A stretch of DNA of 64,000 nucleotides. Source: Octopus vulgaris (Eukaryota). Under the pieces are notes generated by a model. It ran no database searches. It was given only the letters and a program-made list of their open reading frames with translations, and was not told the DNA's origin. A program made the translations under genes and the position numbers. The DNA lies in the NCBI GenBank assembly GCA_951406725.2, contig OX597814.1:169756001-169820000 (forward strand), given 5' to 3'. Of this stretch, positions 12,483 through 26,600 are shown piece by piece; within the stretch, counting starts at the first letter, position 1, and every line of letters starts with the position of its first letter.

Positions 12483-13290
12483 CATGGCTGTGAGGTCGAA
12501 AAGCTTGCTTTGCAATCATATGGTTTCAGGATCAGTACCACTGCATGGCACCCTGGGCAAGTGTCTTTTACTATAGCCCCAGGCCTACACATGCATTCTG
12601 AGTGAATTTGGTAAAGGCCTCCATGCCGATGGCACGTAAAAATCACCATTCAAGTGTGATCATTACCTGCGTTGCCTTACTGGCACTTGTGCTGGAGACA
12701 CATGAAAAAACATTCAAGCAAGGCCGTTGCCAGTGCCGCTAGACTGGCTCCTGTGCAGGAGACACATAAAAAGCACCACCAAGCGTGGCCGTTGCCAGTA
12801 CTGCCTGACTGGCCCTCATGTCAGTAGTACGTAAAAGCACCCACTACACTCTCGGAGTGGTTGGCGTTAGGAAGGGCATCCAGTTGTAGAAACTCTGCCA
12901 GATCAGATTGGAGTCTGGTGCAGCCACCTGGTTCGCCAGACCTCAGTCAAATCGTCCAACCCATGCCAGCATGGAAAGCAGACGTTAAACAATGATGATG
13001 AAACTGTGTGAAAGCCTGTTGTATATATATGTTGGTGTGTGGGGGGGGGTGCATATGTGTATGCATATGTACATGTATCTTTGTGTTTATGTTTGTCCCT
13101 CATCATCACTTGATGACTGGTGTTGGTTTGTTTATATTCCTGTAACTTAACGATTTGGTAAAAGAAGCCAATAGAATAATTACCAGACTTAGAATAAGTA
13201 CTGGGGTTAATATGTTCCACTAAATTCTTCATGACAGTACCCCAGCATGGCTGCAGTCCAATGACTGAAACCGGTAAAAGATAAGAGATA
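12483..13290 (+). mobile_element. Older CORE-type SINE with a nested RTE 3' end (~12615-13000)
   Basis: Same head and tail motifs, split by an RTE VNTR and (GAT)n tail. Confidence 0.8.
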
Positions 13291-13384
13291 AAAATGATTT
13301 TCGAAACTAAAAATGGTAAAAGTTAGAGCTAATTCTCCTTCACAGCACAAGAGAAATAACGGCAGCTTCTTTTATTTCTTCTCT

Positions 13385-13441
13385 GTGTGGGTGTGTGCAT
13401 GTGAATGCCTTTGTGTGTGAGTGCCTCTGTGTGTGTGAGTG

Positions 13442-13476
<35 letters not shown>

Positions 13477-13693
13477 ATCTGTGGGTGTGCATGTGTGTAT
13501 GTGTATGTATATGTGTGTGTATATGAGTGCCTGTGTGTGTGTCTGTGGATGCATTTGTGTGTGCGTGTGCATGTGCATCTGTAAGTGTACATCTGTGTGT
13601 ATGTGTGCATCTGTGAGTGTGCATCTGTGGGTGTGCATGTGTGTATGTGTACATGTGTGTGTGTGTACATGTGCATGTGCATCTGTAAGTATG

Positions 13694-13727
<34 letters not shown>
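13385..13727. repeat. Complex (GT)n/gcatctgt minisatellite
   Basis: Direct observation. Confidence 0.85.
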
Positions 13728-13728
<1 letters not shown>

Positions 13729-14216
13729 ACAAATGAATTATGAAAGTTTCTTTTCTTTTTTATGTATGCGTATAAAAGTACATTTATTATATGAAAATCA
13801 TACGGAAATATAGTAATAATATTATACTACTACCTTGATCTATATGTCCAGTACAACAAACAGCAAGTCTATATTAAGATTTTTTTAGAGAGAGAAAGAG
13901 ATTCTTTACACTTTCTTTCAATAATTTCTCTGTAAAATAAAATATAATGCCAGCGCTTTAACTCTCTCTTTCTCTCTCTCTGTCTGTCTCGCTCTCTCTC
14001 TCATTTTCTCCCTCTTATACACATGCTTATATATGTATATATGTACATGCAAGAAAAGAAACTTTCATAATTTATATGTAAAACTGAATTTATTGCAATG
14101 CCATCGCATTTACACAGACTCATATACTTACACTCAAACACATATACACTCAAACACATACACTCACACACACAAACACACATACATGTTCCCACACATG
14201 CAAACACATGCACATG

Positions 14217-14254
<38 letters not shown>

Positions 14255-14514
14255 TGCGTGCATACACATATGGAATTTTTAAAAAAATTAACAAAATTTG
14301 GCAGATCATATTTTTCACTTTTTCAAACATACATATAAAATACAAAATCTGAAAAAAAAAAAAAATCCCAAAAAGGTAAAACTTTGTAGGAAGGTAAAAT
14401 TTTTTTAAAAATAGAAATCTTGAAGTTTTTTTCTCACAGAACCATAATCTTCTCTGTTGAAAATATATATGTATATGTATATATAAATGTACTCACACAC
14501 ACACACCAACATTC

Positions 14515-14555
<41 letters not shown>

Positions 14556-14627
14556 CATATATATACACACACACAAACACACACACACACATACACTTAT
14601 ATACATATATATAAATATGTATGTGGG

Positions 14628-14670
<43 letters not shown>

Positions 14671-16735
14671 GGTGAATCCAAACAAAGAACAAACATGAAA
14701 AACAACAACACGAGGACACGGTACATGTAATGCATTATCAGGCATATATATATACATACATACATATATACATACATGCATATATATCTGTAGATATATG
14801 TTTATGTATAAATGTGTATGTATATATATATGTGTGTGTGTGTATGTGTGTGTATGTATGTATGTATGTATGTATGTATGTATGTATGTATGTATGCAAA
14901 GAAAGTGTTGTAAGAAAACTGGAGAGGTTAGAGCCAATTATATGGCGCGCTCTGAATATAACTTTACTTGTAATTTTATCATAAATTTTATAATTTTCAC
15001 TTCTATAATTTTATAATTTTATATGGTAAAAATGTCAAGGCAATCTTTCAAACTTTACACTTATAATATAACGGATCACTGTCAAAGTAGCTGCATTGAT
15101 TCAATGTGAAATGAATGCACTAATTGTCATCGTGTGAGTTTGTGTAACTATGCAGTGTGTTAGAATTGTATTATTTGAGTGCAGCTGTTTGGATGCTGGC
15201 AATTTGGCATGGATGACTGGACATAGAACCTGTGTTGGCAACAGTGCTTTTTTGGCACAGGAGGCAAACACACTTCCACATACACACATACACACATAGT
15301 CACTTGTGCATGCTGAAATATACATGAAATATACATGTGCAGATGCAGAAAGTGAAAGAGAGAGAGAGGGGAGAGAGAGATTACAATTTATTAATTGAAC
15401 ATGGTAGACATAAACACTTTGCGTCTTCTCATACATATAAAGAGAAATAAACTCACACATATAAAAAGAATGAGAGATAGAGATAGAGATAGAGATGTAT
15501 AGAAAGATAGATAAATAGATAGATAAATAGATAGATAGATAGAGAGAGAGAGAGAAAGAAGTGGAGGAGAGAGAGGAAAAGAAAGAGAATGAGGGAGACA
15601 GTAAAATGTCTGATGTCAAATAAGCCAATGTCTAATGTCAAATAAGCCAATGTCTAATTCGTGATTTTTGACTTACTGGCATCACCAAACCAGTTGTACC
15701 AAAACAGCTGTACGGTCATTTACCGTATATATAGCTACATGTGTGTATATGAGAGAGAGAAACAGAGAGAAACAGAGAGAGGGACAGACAGAAAGACAAA
15801 CAAATAGACAGACAAACAGACAGATAGAAAGATAGACAAACAGATAAACAGACAGCCAGACGGATGGACAATCAAATAGCTGCTTGTGTTGTAGTGTTGT
15901 ATACTAAATTGATTTGTATATTTTCTTTCTTGTCTTCTGCACTGAAAAACGTTCAGTTCCATAATTTATAAAAAAAAAAACAAAAAAAAAACAGAAACAA
16001 AAAGCAACAATATCAAAATAAAATATATCATACCCTTTTTAAGATAAGCTCTTTTAAAATATATTTTTTTTTTGCTGGTTATTAATAATTATTTGCTTGT
16101 CTATTACTTTCAGTTGTGCAGTTTGTTTCACTTTGACTGTCATATTATATGTACTACAAAGTTCAAATGGAGCCAGTGGTAATTATAGAAAATATGAAGA
16201 ATTTCTTATGTTTTCCCCCCAAATCAGTTTTCTGGAAAATAAAATATATTTGTCAAGCTGTTGTTGTGACTTACTGTTTCTGGCAATGAAGTTGGAAAAA
16301 ATACTACACTTTGATCTTAGCCAAAAAGCCAAGAAGCAATGAAGCTGAGAATAATGGAATGAGTTTTGGGATTATAATGAATGAATGTATGTATGTATGT
16401 ATGTATGTATGTATGCATGTATGTATGTATGTATGTTTGCATGCATATATCTATGCCTGTATGTGTATATGTATAAATGTGTATGTATGTATACATGTAT
16501 GTGGGTATGCACATATATAAGTCAAAACTACCAAGATAAACATATTGTACCAAATGCAAGTCTCGAAGCAAGTCATTTAAAAACAGAATTTAGCTGCAGA
16601 TCACCAGTGATTTCGTAATCAACGCAGTAGTTGCGTCCTTTACTTGTCGGTGCCAGCATGATTCAAGATTTATAATGAATGTACAAAATCAACATACCTG
16701 GCGAACAACTATATATATATATATACATATATAGG

Positions 16736-16777
<42 letters not shown>

Positions 16778-17013
16778 TATGTATGTATATATTTGTGTGT
16801 GTGTCTGTGTTTGTCCCACCACCACCACCACCATCACTCGACAACCGATGTTGGTGTGTTTTTTTCCCTTGTAACATTAGCAGTTCAGCAACAGAGACTG
16901 ATAGAATAAGTCCTGGAGTTGATTTGTTCGACTAAAGGCATTGCTCCAGCATAGCCACAGTCAAATAACTGAGACAAGTAAAAGATTAAAAATATTTGTA
17001 TATGTGTATGGAG

Positions 17014-17046
<33 letters not shown>

Positions 17047-17103
17047 TATACATATATATGTATATGCATATATATACACATATATTTATACACACACACA
17101 CAC

Positions 17104-17136
<33 letters not shown>

Positions 17137-17718
17137 TGTATGTATGTATGTATAAATATGTGTGTGTATGTGTGTCTAGAAAATATTAGAAAACCTATAG
17201 TCTGGGAAATGGGATTTGAAATCTTTTATCTCTGATTATCATTGACTTGATAAGTGAATGAATAGATAATTGAGTGGTTATTTCATAAGGAAATGAAGTT
17301 TATTCATAATTTTGATCCATTGCTTAGAGATGATAATCAAGGATAAGAGATTTGAAATCTTATTGTCCAGACAACAGGCTGTGTTTATATATTTGATGCA
17401 CAAATATTGCTCTCTATGAAATATTTTATACTCTATTTCATTTTGTAAAGTTTTAGAGTGCGCACCACACTATGTGTGTCATCCACACATACATACATAT
17501 GCATACATATATGCGTGTGTGTGTGTATATACACACACACACACACATACATTATATATACATATACATGCATACACACACTCACACACACACACATATA
17601 TAAATATATACGCATGTGTGCGTGCAAGAATATAGACTTTCAGACATTCATGTAAATATTAATACATACATAGACAGCTAAAAATTATTTGTTCTATAGT
17701 TTAACATCTAAATATAAA

Positions 17719-17759
<41 letters not shown>

Positions 17760-17817
17760 TATATATATATATATATATATATATCATCATCCTCATAGTT
17801 TAACATCTAAATATAAA

Positions 17818-17856
<39 letters not shown>

Positions 17857-17880
17857 TATATATATATCTATATCTATATC

Positions 17881-18117
17881 ATCATCCTCATCATCGTTGT
17901 TTAACGTCCGTTTTCCATGCTAGCATAGGTTGGACGGTTCAACCGGGGCCTGGAAGCCATGGAGACTGTCCCAGGCTCTAGTCTGATTTCGCAGTATTTC
18001 TACAGCTAGATGCCCTTCGTAATGCCAACCACTCCGTGGGTGTAGTGGGTGTTTTTTAGGTGCAACCGGCACAGGGGCCAGAGCAGGCTGGCATATGGCC
18101 ACGATTGGTTGGTGCAG
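17881..18117 (-). mobile_element. RTE 3' end
   Basis: (CAT)n..tttaacgtccgttttccatgctagc terminus. Confidence 0.85.
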
Positions 18118-18332
18118 GCCGTCCTGCGAGCCATATATATATATATAGATTCAGATGAATAAAATTATACTAATGTGTCCATCTGTTTTCATTTAACTAA
18201 ATTCTCTCTTTATGCAGCTGAGGATTGCTCTGCATTTAAATTGATTTAATGATTGTATTTTTCAATTAAATGGAGTTGCTTGAAACGATCATACTGCATT
18301 ACCTCTGGATATCCTTGTTGCTTATTTTGTCG

Positions 18333-18531
18333 CCTGGCACCTGTGCTGGTGGCACGTTACAAGCACCCACTACACTCACGGAGTGATTGGGGTTAGGAAG
18401 GGCATCCAGCTGTAGAAACACTGCCAGATCAGACTGGAGCCTGGTGCAGCCTCCTGGCTTCCCAGACCCCCTCAAACTGTCCAACCCATGCTAGCATGGA
18501 CGTTAAACGATGATGAGGATGATGATGATGA
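18333..18531 (+). mobile_element. RTE 3' end, tail-to-tail with the next copy
   Basis: ccaacccatgctagcatggacgttaaac-(GAT)n. Confidence 0.85.
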
Positions 18532-18555
18532 TACATACATGTACATATATATATA

Positions 18556-19525
18556 TCATCATCATCATCATCATCATCATTTAGTGTCCACTTTCCATGC
18601 TGAAATGGGTTGGACGGTTCAACTGGGGTCTGTGAAGCCAGGAGGCTGCATCAGGCCCAGTCTGATCTGGCAGTGTTTCTACGGCTGGATGCCCTTCCTA
18701 ATGCCAACAACTCCGTGAGTGTAGTGGGTGCTTTTTACGTGCCACCCGTACAGGTGCCAGACGGAGCTGGCAAACGGCCTCGGACAGATGGTACTTTTTA
18801 CGTGCCACCGGCACGGGGGCCAGGCGAGGCTGGCAACGGCCACGATCGGATGGTGCTTTTTACGTGCCACCGGCATGGAGGCCAGGCAAGGCTGGCAATG
18901 GCCACGAACGGATGGTGCTTTTTACGTGTCACCGGCACGGAGGCCAGTCGGGGCGGTGCTGGCAACGGCCACGATCGGATGGTTCACTTACTTGTCACCG
19001 GCACTGGTATCACAGCCGCAATTTCCATTGATGTTGATCGATTTCGATTCTGCTTTCTGATATCTGATTTGATTTGGTTTGATTTGATTTTTTTGATTTT
19101 CACTTGCCACAACGGGTCTTCACAAGTGGAGTTTTGTGTCCCAAGAAGGAAAGGTATGTATAAGTCAACTGGCTACATACCAGGTAGAGGCCACGGGTTA
19201 TGGTCTCACTAGTCTTGCTGGGTCTTCTCATGCATAGCATACTTCCATAGGTCTCGGTCTCTAGTCATTTCCTTGGTGAGACCTAAAGTTTGAAGGTCGT
19301 GCTTCACCACCTCATCCCAGGTTTTCCTGGGTCTACCTTTTCCACAGGTTCCCTCAACTGCTAGAGTGTGGCACTTTTGCACACAACTATCTTCAGCCAT
19401 TCTCGTCACATGACCATACCAGCGCAAACGTCTTTCTTGTACACCACAACTGATGCTTCTTAGGTCCAACTTTTCTCTCAAGGTACTTACACTCTGTCGA
19501 TTATGAACACTGACATTACACATCC
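18556..19525 (-). mobile_element. RTE-clade LINE, 5'-truncated: ORF2 C-terminus (19209-19525), 3'UTR with VNTR and (GAT)n tail
   Basis: [33 protein letters not shown] is a classic RTE C-terminus and runs straight into the abundant GAT-tailed repeat. Confidence 0.92.
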
Positions 19526-19602
<77 letters not shown>

Positions 19603-19675
19603 GATATAGCTATATATATGAATAGATACATATATACATATATATGTGTGTGTATATATACATATATATATATAT

Positions 19676-19940
19676 CATCATCATCATCATCATCATCATC
19701 GTTTAACGTCCGCTTTCCGCGCTAGCACGGGTTGGACGGTTTGACCGGGTCTGGGAAGCCAGGGGCCGCACCAGGCTCCAGTCTGAATCTGGCAGAGTTT
19801 CTACGGCTGGATGCCCTTCCTAACGCCAACCACTCCGTGAGTGGATTGGGTGCTTTTTACGTGCCACCTGCACAGGGGCCGGAGGGTCCGGCATCGTCAC
19901 GATCGGTTCGAGCATTTTAACGTGTCAGCGGCACGGGGGC
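19676..19940 (-). mobile_element. RTE 3' end (ccgcgctagcac variant) forming the 3' module of a putative composite element
   Basis: (CAT)n-cgtttaacgtccgctttccgcgctagcacggg; its 5' side joins unique DNA rather than (TA)n. Confidence 0.85.
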
Positions 19941-20657
19941 AACGAGGTCCGGGGTACTTTGGGGATCCAGGGTACTTTGGGGATCCGGGGTACTTAGAAT
20001 GAGTAGGGGGTATGTGGAATTGCTGCAGAAAGCAGCCCGGGTCTTTGTAGTCACAGCATTTATCGTCACTGAGTAAGGAAGGGTTGGTGTAGGTTCCTAA
20101 GAAATAAAGACATTCGTTATCGTCACTGAGTAACGTTATTAGGTAGAGGAAAGAATACAGATATTCTAGAGTTGAGTTGGGGAGGGGGGTCCAGTTGGGG
20201 TGGGTAATATAGGGAAGCAACCAGTGGGGAAGGTTGGGGTAAGGAGGAACGATGGCAGGAAGGGTTGGTGTAGGTTCCTAAGAAATAAAAACGTAGGATA
20301 TTACGAGGCGGGAGGGTGCTAAAGGGGGATAGTCGGAATGAAGCAGTGTCAGGAGGAAGCGTAAGATCGGTGGGCAGTTGATGAGCTATGGCGCTAGCAG
20401 CTTGTCTTTTCACAGTGAAAGCATATGAGGAGAAGGGGTAGTGGGGGGAGGAGGAGGGAGTAGGGCGTACCCGGTGTAGATGAGTAAGGCGTATCCGGTG
20501 TAGATGGTGAGGACAGGGTATACTGGTATTGGTGGTGGGGGGTGAGGAACAGTGTTCACCAGTATTGGTGGTGTTGGCGGTGAGAACAGTGTTCACCGGT
20601 ATTGGTGGTGGGGGTGAGAACAGTGTTCATCGGTGGTGGGGGTGGGGGGGCGGGCGC

Positions 20658-23600
20658 ACCGCCAATGGCTGAAAGATGGAAAGAGAAGGGAAGAGATGGG
20701 ATTACGGCTTGAGGTAGCCTAGCCTAAGGTTAAATTTTGTAGAGAGAGAGATAGAAAGATAAATCAAGTTATGGCGAAGGCTTGAAAGTAGCCTTAAAAG
20801 GTTAAATTTTCGTAACAATGTATGAATAAACGTAGTAACAACGAATAGAAATATTAAGATAAATTTTTAAAGAACTTGCTGCGGACATCGGTCGGGAGTT
20901 GAAATTGAAGAAGTAAGTTAGTTGAATTGGGAATTTAAATTGTAGAATCGTAATGGTAAGAGGAGGAAAAAAGACCGCCAAATGGCTGAAAGATGGAAAG
21001 AGATGGGAAGAGATGGGATTACGGCTTGAGGTAGCCTAGCCTAAGGTTAAATTTTGTAGAGAGAGAGATAGAAAGATAAATCAAGTTATGGCGAAGGCTT
21101 GAAAGTAGCCTTAAAAGGTTAAATTTTCGTAACAATGTATGAATAAACGTAGTAACAACGAATAGAAATATTAAGATAAATTTTTAAAGAACTTGCTGCG
21201 GACATCGGTCGGGAGTTGAAATTGAAGAAGTAAGTTAGTTGAATTGGGAATTTAAATTGTAGAATCGTAATGGTAAGAGGAGGAAAAAAGACCGCCAAAT
21301 GGCTGAAAGATGGAAAGAGATGGGAAGAGATGGGATTACGGCTTGAGGTAGCCTAGCCTAAGGTTAAATTTTGTAGAGAGAGAGATAGAAAGATAAATCA
21401 AGTTATGGCGAAGGCTTGAAAGTAGCCTTAAAAGGTTAAATTTTCGTAACAATGTATGAATAAACGTAGTAACAACGAATAGAAATATTAAGATAAATTT
21501 TTAAAGAACTTGCTGCGGACATCGGTCGGGAGTTGAAATTGAAGAAGTAAGTTAGTTGAATTGGGAATTTAAATTGTAGAATCGTAATGGTAAGAGGAGG
21601 AAAAAAGACCGCCAAATGGCTGAAAGATGGAAAGAGATGGGAAGAGATGGGATTACGGCTTGAGGTAGCCTAGCCTAAGGTTAAATTTTGTAGAGAGAGA
21701 GATAGAAAGATAAATCAAGTTATGGCGAAGGCTTGAAAGTAGCCTTAAAAGGTTAAATTTTCGTAACAATGTATGAATAAACGTAGTAACAACGAATAGA
21801 AATATTAAGATAAATTTTTAAAGAACTTGCTGCGGACATCGGTCGGGAGTTGAAATTGAAGAAGTAAGTTAGTTGAATTGGGAATTTAAATTGTAGAATC
21901 GTAATGGTAAGAGGAGGAAAAAAGACCGCCAAATGGCTGAAAGATGGAAAGAGATGGGAAGAGATGGGATTACGGCTTGAGGTAGCCTAGCCTAAGGTTA
22001 AATTTTGTAGAGAGAGAGATAGAAAGATAAATCAAGTTATGGCGAAGGCTTGAAAGTAGCCTTAAAAGGTTAAATTTTCGTAACAATGTATGAATAAACG
22101 TAGTAACAACGAATAGAAATATTAAGATAAATTTTTAAAGAACTTGCTGCGGACATCGGTCGGGAGTTGAAATTGAAGAAGTAAGTTAGTTGAATTGGGA
22201 ATTTAAATTGTAGAATCGTAATGGTAAGAGGAGGAAAAAAGACCGCCAAATGGCTGAAAGATGGAAAGAGATGGGAAGAGATGGGATTACGGCTTGAGGT
22301 AGCCTAGCCTAAGGTTAAATTTTGTAGAGAGAGAGATAGAAAGATAAATCAAGTTATGGCGAAGGCTTGAAAGTAGCCTTAAAAGGTTAAATTTTCGTAA
22401 CAATGTATGAATAAACGTAGTAACAACGAATAGAAATATTAAGATAAATTTTTAAAGAACTTGCTGCGGACATCGGTCGGGAGTTGAAATTGAAGAAGTA
22501 AGTTAGTTGAATTGGGAATTTAAATTGTAGAATCGTAATGGTAAGAGGAGGAAAAAAGACCGCCAAATGGCTGAAAGATGGAAAGAGATGGGAAGAGATG
22601 GGATTACGGCTTGAGGTAGCCTAGCCTAAGGTTAAATTTTGTAGAGAGAGAGATAGAAAGATAAATCAAGTTATGGCGAAGGCTTGAAAGTAGCCTTAAA
22701 AGGTTAAATTTTCGTAACAATGTATGAATAAACGTAGTAACAACGAATAGAAATATTAAGATAAATTTTTAAAGAACTTGCTGCGGACATCGGTCGGGAG
22801 TTGAAATTGAAGAAGTAAGTTAGTTGAATTGGGAATTTAAATTGTAGAATCGTAATGGTAAGAGGAGGAAAAAAGACCGCCAAATGGCTGAAAGATGGAA
22901 AGAGATGGGAAGAGATGGGATTACGGCTTGAGGTAGCCTAGCCTAAGGTTAAATTTTGTAGAGAGAGAGATAGAAAGATAAATCAAGTTATGGCGAAGGC
23001 TTGAAAGTAGCCTTAAAAGGTTAAATTTTCGTAACAATGTATGAATAAACGTAGTAACAACGAATAGAAATATTAAGATAAATTTTTAAAGAACTTGCTG
23101 CGGACATCGGTCGGGAGTTGAAATTGAAGAAGTAAGTTAGTTGAATTGGGAATTTAAATTGTAGAATCGTAATGGTAAGAGGAGGAAAAAAGACCGCCAA
23201 ATGGCTGAAAGATGGAAAGAGATGGGAAGAGATGGGATTACGGCTTGAGGTAGCCTAGCCTAAGGTTAAATTTTGTAGAGAGAGAGATAGAAAGATAAAT
23301 CAAGTTATGGCGAAGGCTTGAAAGTAGCCTTAAAAGGTTAAATTTTCGTAACAATGTATGAATAAACGTAGTAACAACGAATAGAAATATTAAGATAAAT
23401 TTTTAAAGAACTTGCTGCGGACATCGGTCGGGAGTTGAAATTGAAGAAGTAAGTTAGTTGAATTGGGAATTTAAATTGTAGAATCGTAATGGTAAGAGGA
23501 GGAAAAAAGACCGCCAAATGGCTGAAAGATGGAAAGAGATGGGAAGAGATGGGATTACGGCTTGAGGTAGCCTAGCCTAAGGTTAAATTTTGTAGAGAGA

Positions 23601-26600
23601 GAGATAGAAAGATAAATCAAGTTATGGCGAAGGCTTGAAAGTAGCCTTAAAAGGTTAAATTTTCGTAACAATGTATGAATAAACGTAGTAACAACGAATA
23701 GAAATATTAAGATAAATTTTTAAAGAACTTGCTGCGGACATCGGTCGGGAGTTGAAATTGAAGAAGTAAGTTAGTTGAATTGGGAATTTAAATTGTAGAA
23801 TCGTAATGGTAAGAGGAGGAAAAAAGACCGCCAAATGGCTGAAAGATGGAAAGAGATGGGAAGAGATGGGATTACGGCTTGAGGTAGCCTAGCCTAAGGT
23901 TAAATTTTGTAGAGAGAGAGATAGAAAGATAAATCAAGTTATGGCGAAGGCTTGAAAGTAGCCTTAAAAGGTTAAATTTTCGTAACAATGTATGAATAAA
24001 CGTAGTAACAACGAATAGAAATATTAAGATAAATTTTTAAAGAACTTGCTGCGGACATCGGTCGGGAGTTGAAATTGAAGAAGTAAGTTAGTTGAATTGG
24101 GAATTTAAATTGTAGAATCGTAATGGTAAGAGGAGGAAAAAAGACCGCCAAATGGCTGAAAGATGGAAAGAGATGGGAAGAGATGGGATTACGGCTTGAG
24201 GTAGCCTAGCCTAAGGTTAAATTTTGTAGAGAGAGAGATAGAAAGATAAATCAAGTTATGGCGAAGGCTTGAAAGTAGCCTTAAAAGGTTAAATTTTCGT
24301 AACAATGTATGAATAAACGTAGTAACAACGAATAGAAATATTAAGATAAATTTTTAAAGAACTTGCTGCGGACATCGGTCGGGAGTTGAAATTGAAGAAG
24401 TAAGTTAGTTGAATTGGGAATTTAAATTGTAGAATCGTAATGGTAAGAGGAGGAAAAAAGACCGCCAAATGGCTGAAAGATGGAAAGAGATGGGAAGAGA
24501 TGGGATTACGGCTTGAGGTAGCCTAGCCTAAGGTTAAATTTTGTAGAGAGAGAGATAGAAAGATAAATCAAGTTATGGCGAAGGCTTGAAAGTAGCCTTA
24601 AAAGGTTAAATTTTCGTAACAATGTATGAATAAACGTAGTAACAACGAATAGAAATATTAAGATAAATTTTTAAAGAACTTGCTGCGGACATCGGTCGGG
24701 AGTTGAAATTGAAGAAGTAAGTTAGTTGAATTGGGAATTTAAATTGTAGAATCGTAATGGTAAGAGGAGGAAAAAAGACCGCCAAATGGCTGAAAGATGG
24801 AAAGAGATGGGAAGAGATGGGATTACGGCTTGAGGTAGCCTAGCCTAAGGTTAAATTTTGTAGAGAGAGAGATAGAAAGATAAATCAAGTTATGGCGAAG
24901 GCTTGAAAGTAGCCTTAAAAGGTTAAATTTTCGTAACAATGTATGAATAAACGTAGTAACAACGAATAGAAATATTAAGATAAATTTTTAAAGAACTTGC
25001 TGCGGACATCGGTCGGGAGTTGAAATTGAAGAAGTAAGTTAGTTGAATTGGGAATTTAAATTGTAGAATCGTAATGGTAAGAGGAGGAAAAAAGACCGCC
25101 AAATGGCTGAAAGATGGAAAGAGATGGGAAGAGATGGGATTACGGCTTGAGGTAGCCTAGCCTAAGGTTAAATTTTGTAGAGAGAGAGATAGAAAGATAA
25201 ATCAAGTTATGGCGAAGGCTTGAAAGTAGCCTTAAAAGGTTAAATTTTCGTAACAATGTATGAATAAACGTAGTAACAACGAATAGAAATATTAAGATAA
25301 ATTTTTAAAGAACTTGCTGCGGACATCGGTCGGGAGTTGAAATTGAAGAAGTAAGTTAGTTGAATTGGGAATTTAAATTGTAGAATCGTAATGGTAAGAG
25401 GAGGAAAAAAGACCGCCAAATGGCTGAAAGATGGAAAGAGATGGGAAGAGATGGGATTACGGCTTGAGGTAGCCTAGCCTAAGGTTAAATTTTGTAGAGA
25501 GAGAGATAGAAAGATAAATCAAGTTATGGCGAAGGCTTGAAAGTAGCCTTAAAAGGTTAAATTTTCGTAACAATGTATGAATAAACGTAGTAACAACGAA
25601 TAGAAATATTAAGATAAATTTTTAAAGAACTTGCTGCGGACATCGGTCGGGAGTTGAAATTGAAGAAGTAAGTTAGTTGAATTGGGAATTTAAATTGTAG
25701 AATCGTAATGGTAAGAGGAGGAAAAAAGACCGCCAAATGGCTGAAAGATGGAAAGAGATGGGAAGAGATGGGATTACGGCTTGAGGTAGCCTAGCCTAAG
25801 GTTAAATTTTGTAGAGAGAGAGATAGAAAGATAAATCAAGTTATGGCGAAGGCTTGAAAGTAGCCTTAAAAGGTTAAATTTTCGTAACAATGTATGAATA
25901 AACGTAGTAACAACGAATAGAAATATTAAGATAAATTTTTAAAGAACTTGCTGCGGACATCGGTCGGGAGTTGAAATTGAAGAAGTAAGTTAGTTGAATT
26001 GGGAATTTAAATTGTAGAATCGTAATGGTAAGAGGAGGAAAAAAGACCGCCAAATGGCTGAAAGATGGAAAGAGATGGGAAGAGATGGGATTACGGCTTG
26101 AGGTAGCCTAGCCTAAGGTTAAATTTTGTAGAGAGAGAGATAGAAAGATAAATCAAGTTATGGCGAAGGCTTGAAAGTAGCCTTAAAAGGTTAAATTTTC
26201 GTAACAATGTATGAATAAACGTAGTAACAACGAATAGAAATATTAAGATAAATTTTTAAAGAACTTGCTGCGGACATCGGTCGGGAGTTGAAATTGAAGA
26301 AGTAAGTTAGTTGAATTGGGAATTTAAATTGTAGAATCGTAATGGTAAGAGGAGGAAAAAAGACCGCCAAATGGCTGAAAGATGGAAAGAGATGGGAAGA
26401 GATGGGATTACGGCTTGAGGTAGCCTAGCCTAAGGTTAAATTTTGTAGAGAGAGAGATAGAAAGATAAATCAAGTTATGGCGAAGGCTTGAAAGTAGCCT
26501 TAAAAGGTTAAATTTTCGTAACAATGTATGAATAAACGTAGTAACAACGAATAGAAATATTAAGATAAATTTTTAAAGAACTTGCTGCGGACATCGGTCG

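Noticed and set aside
19897-20596. Linker ORFs (157 aa and 107 aa) as a real gene
   Set aside because: Composition follows strand skew, and the duplicated segments lie in two overlapping ORFs in different frames with no recognisable domain
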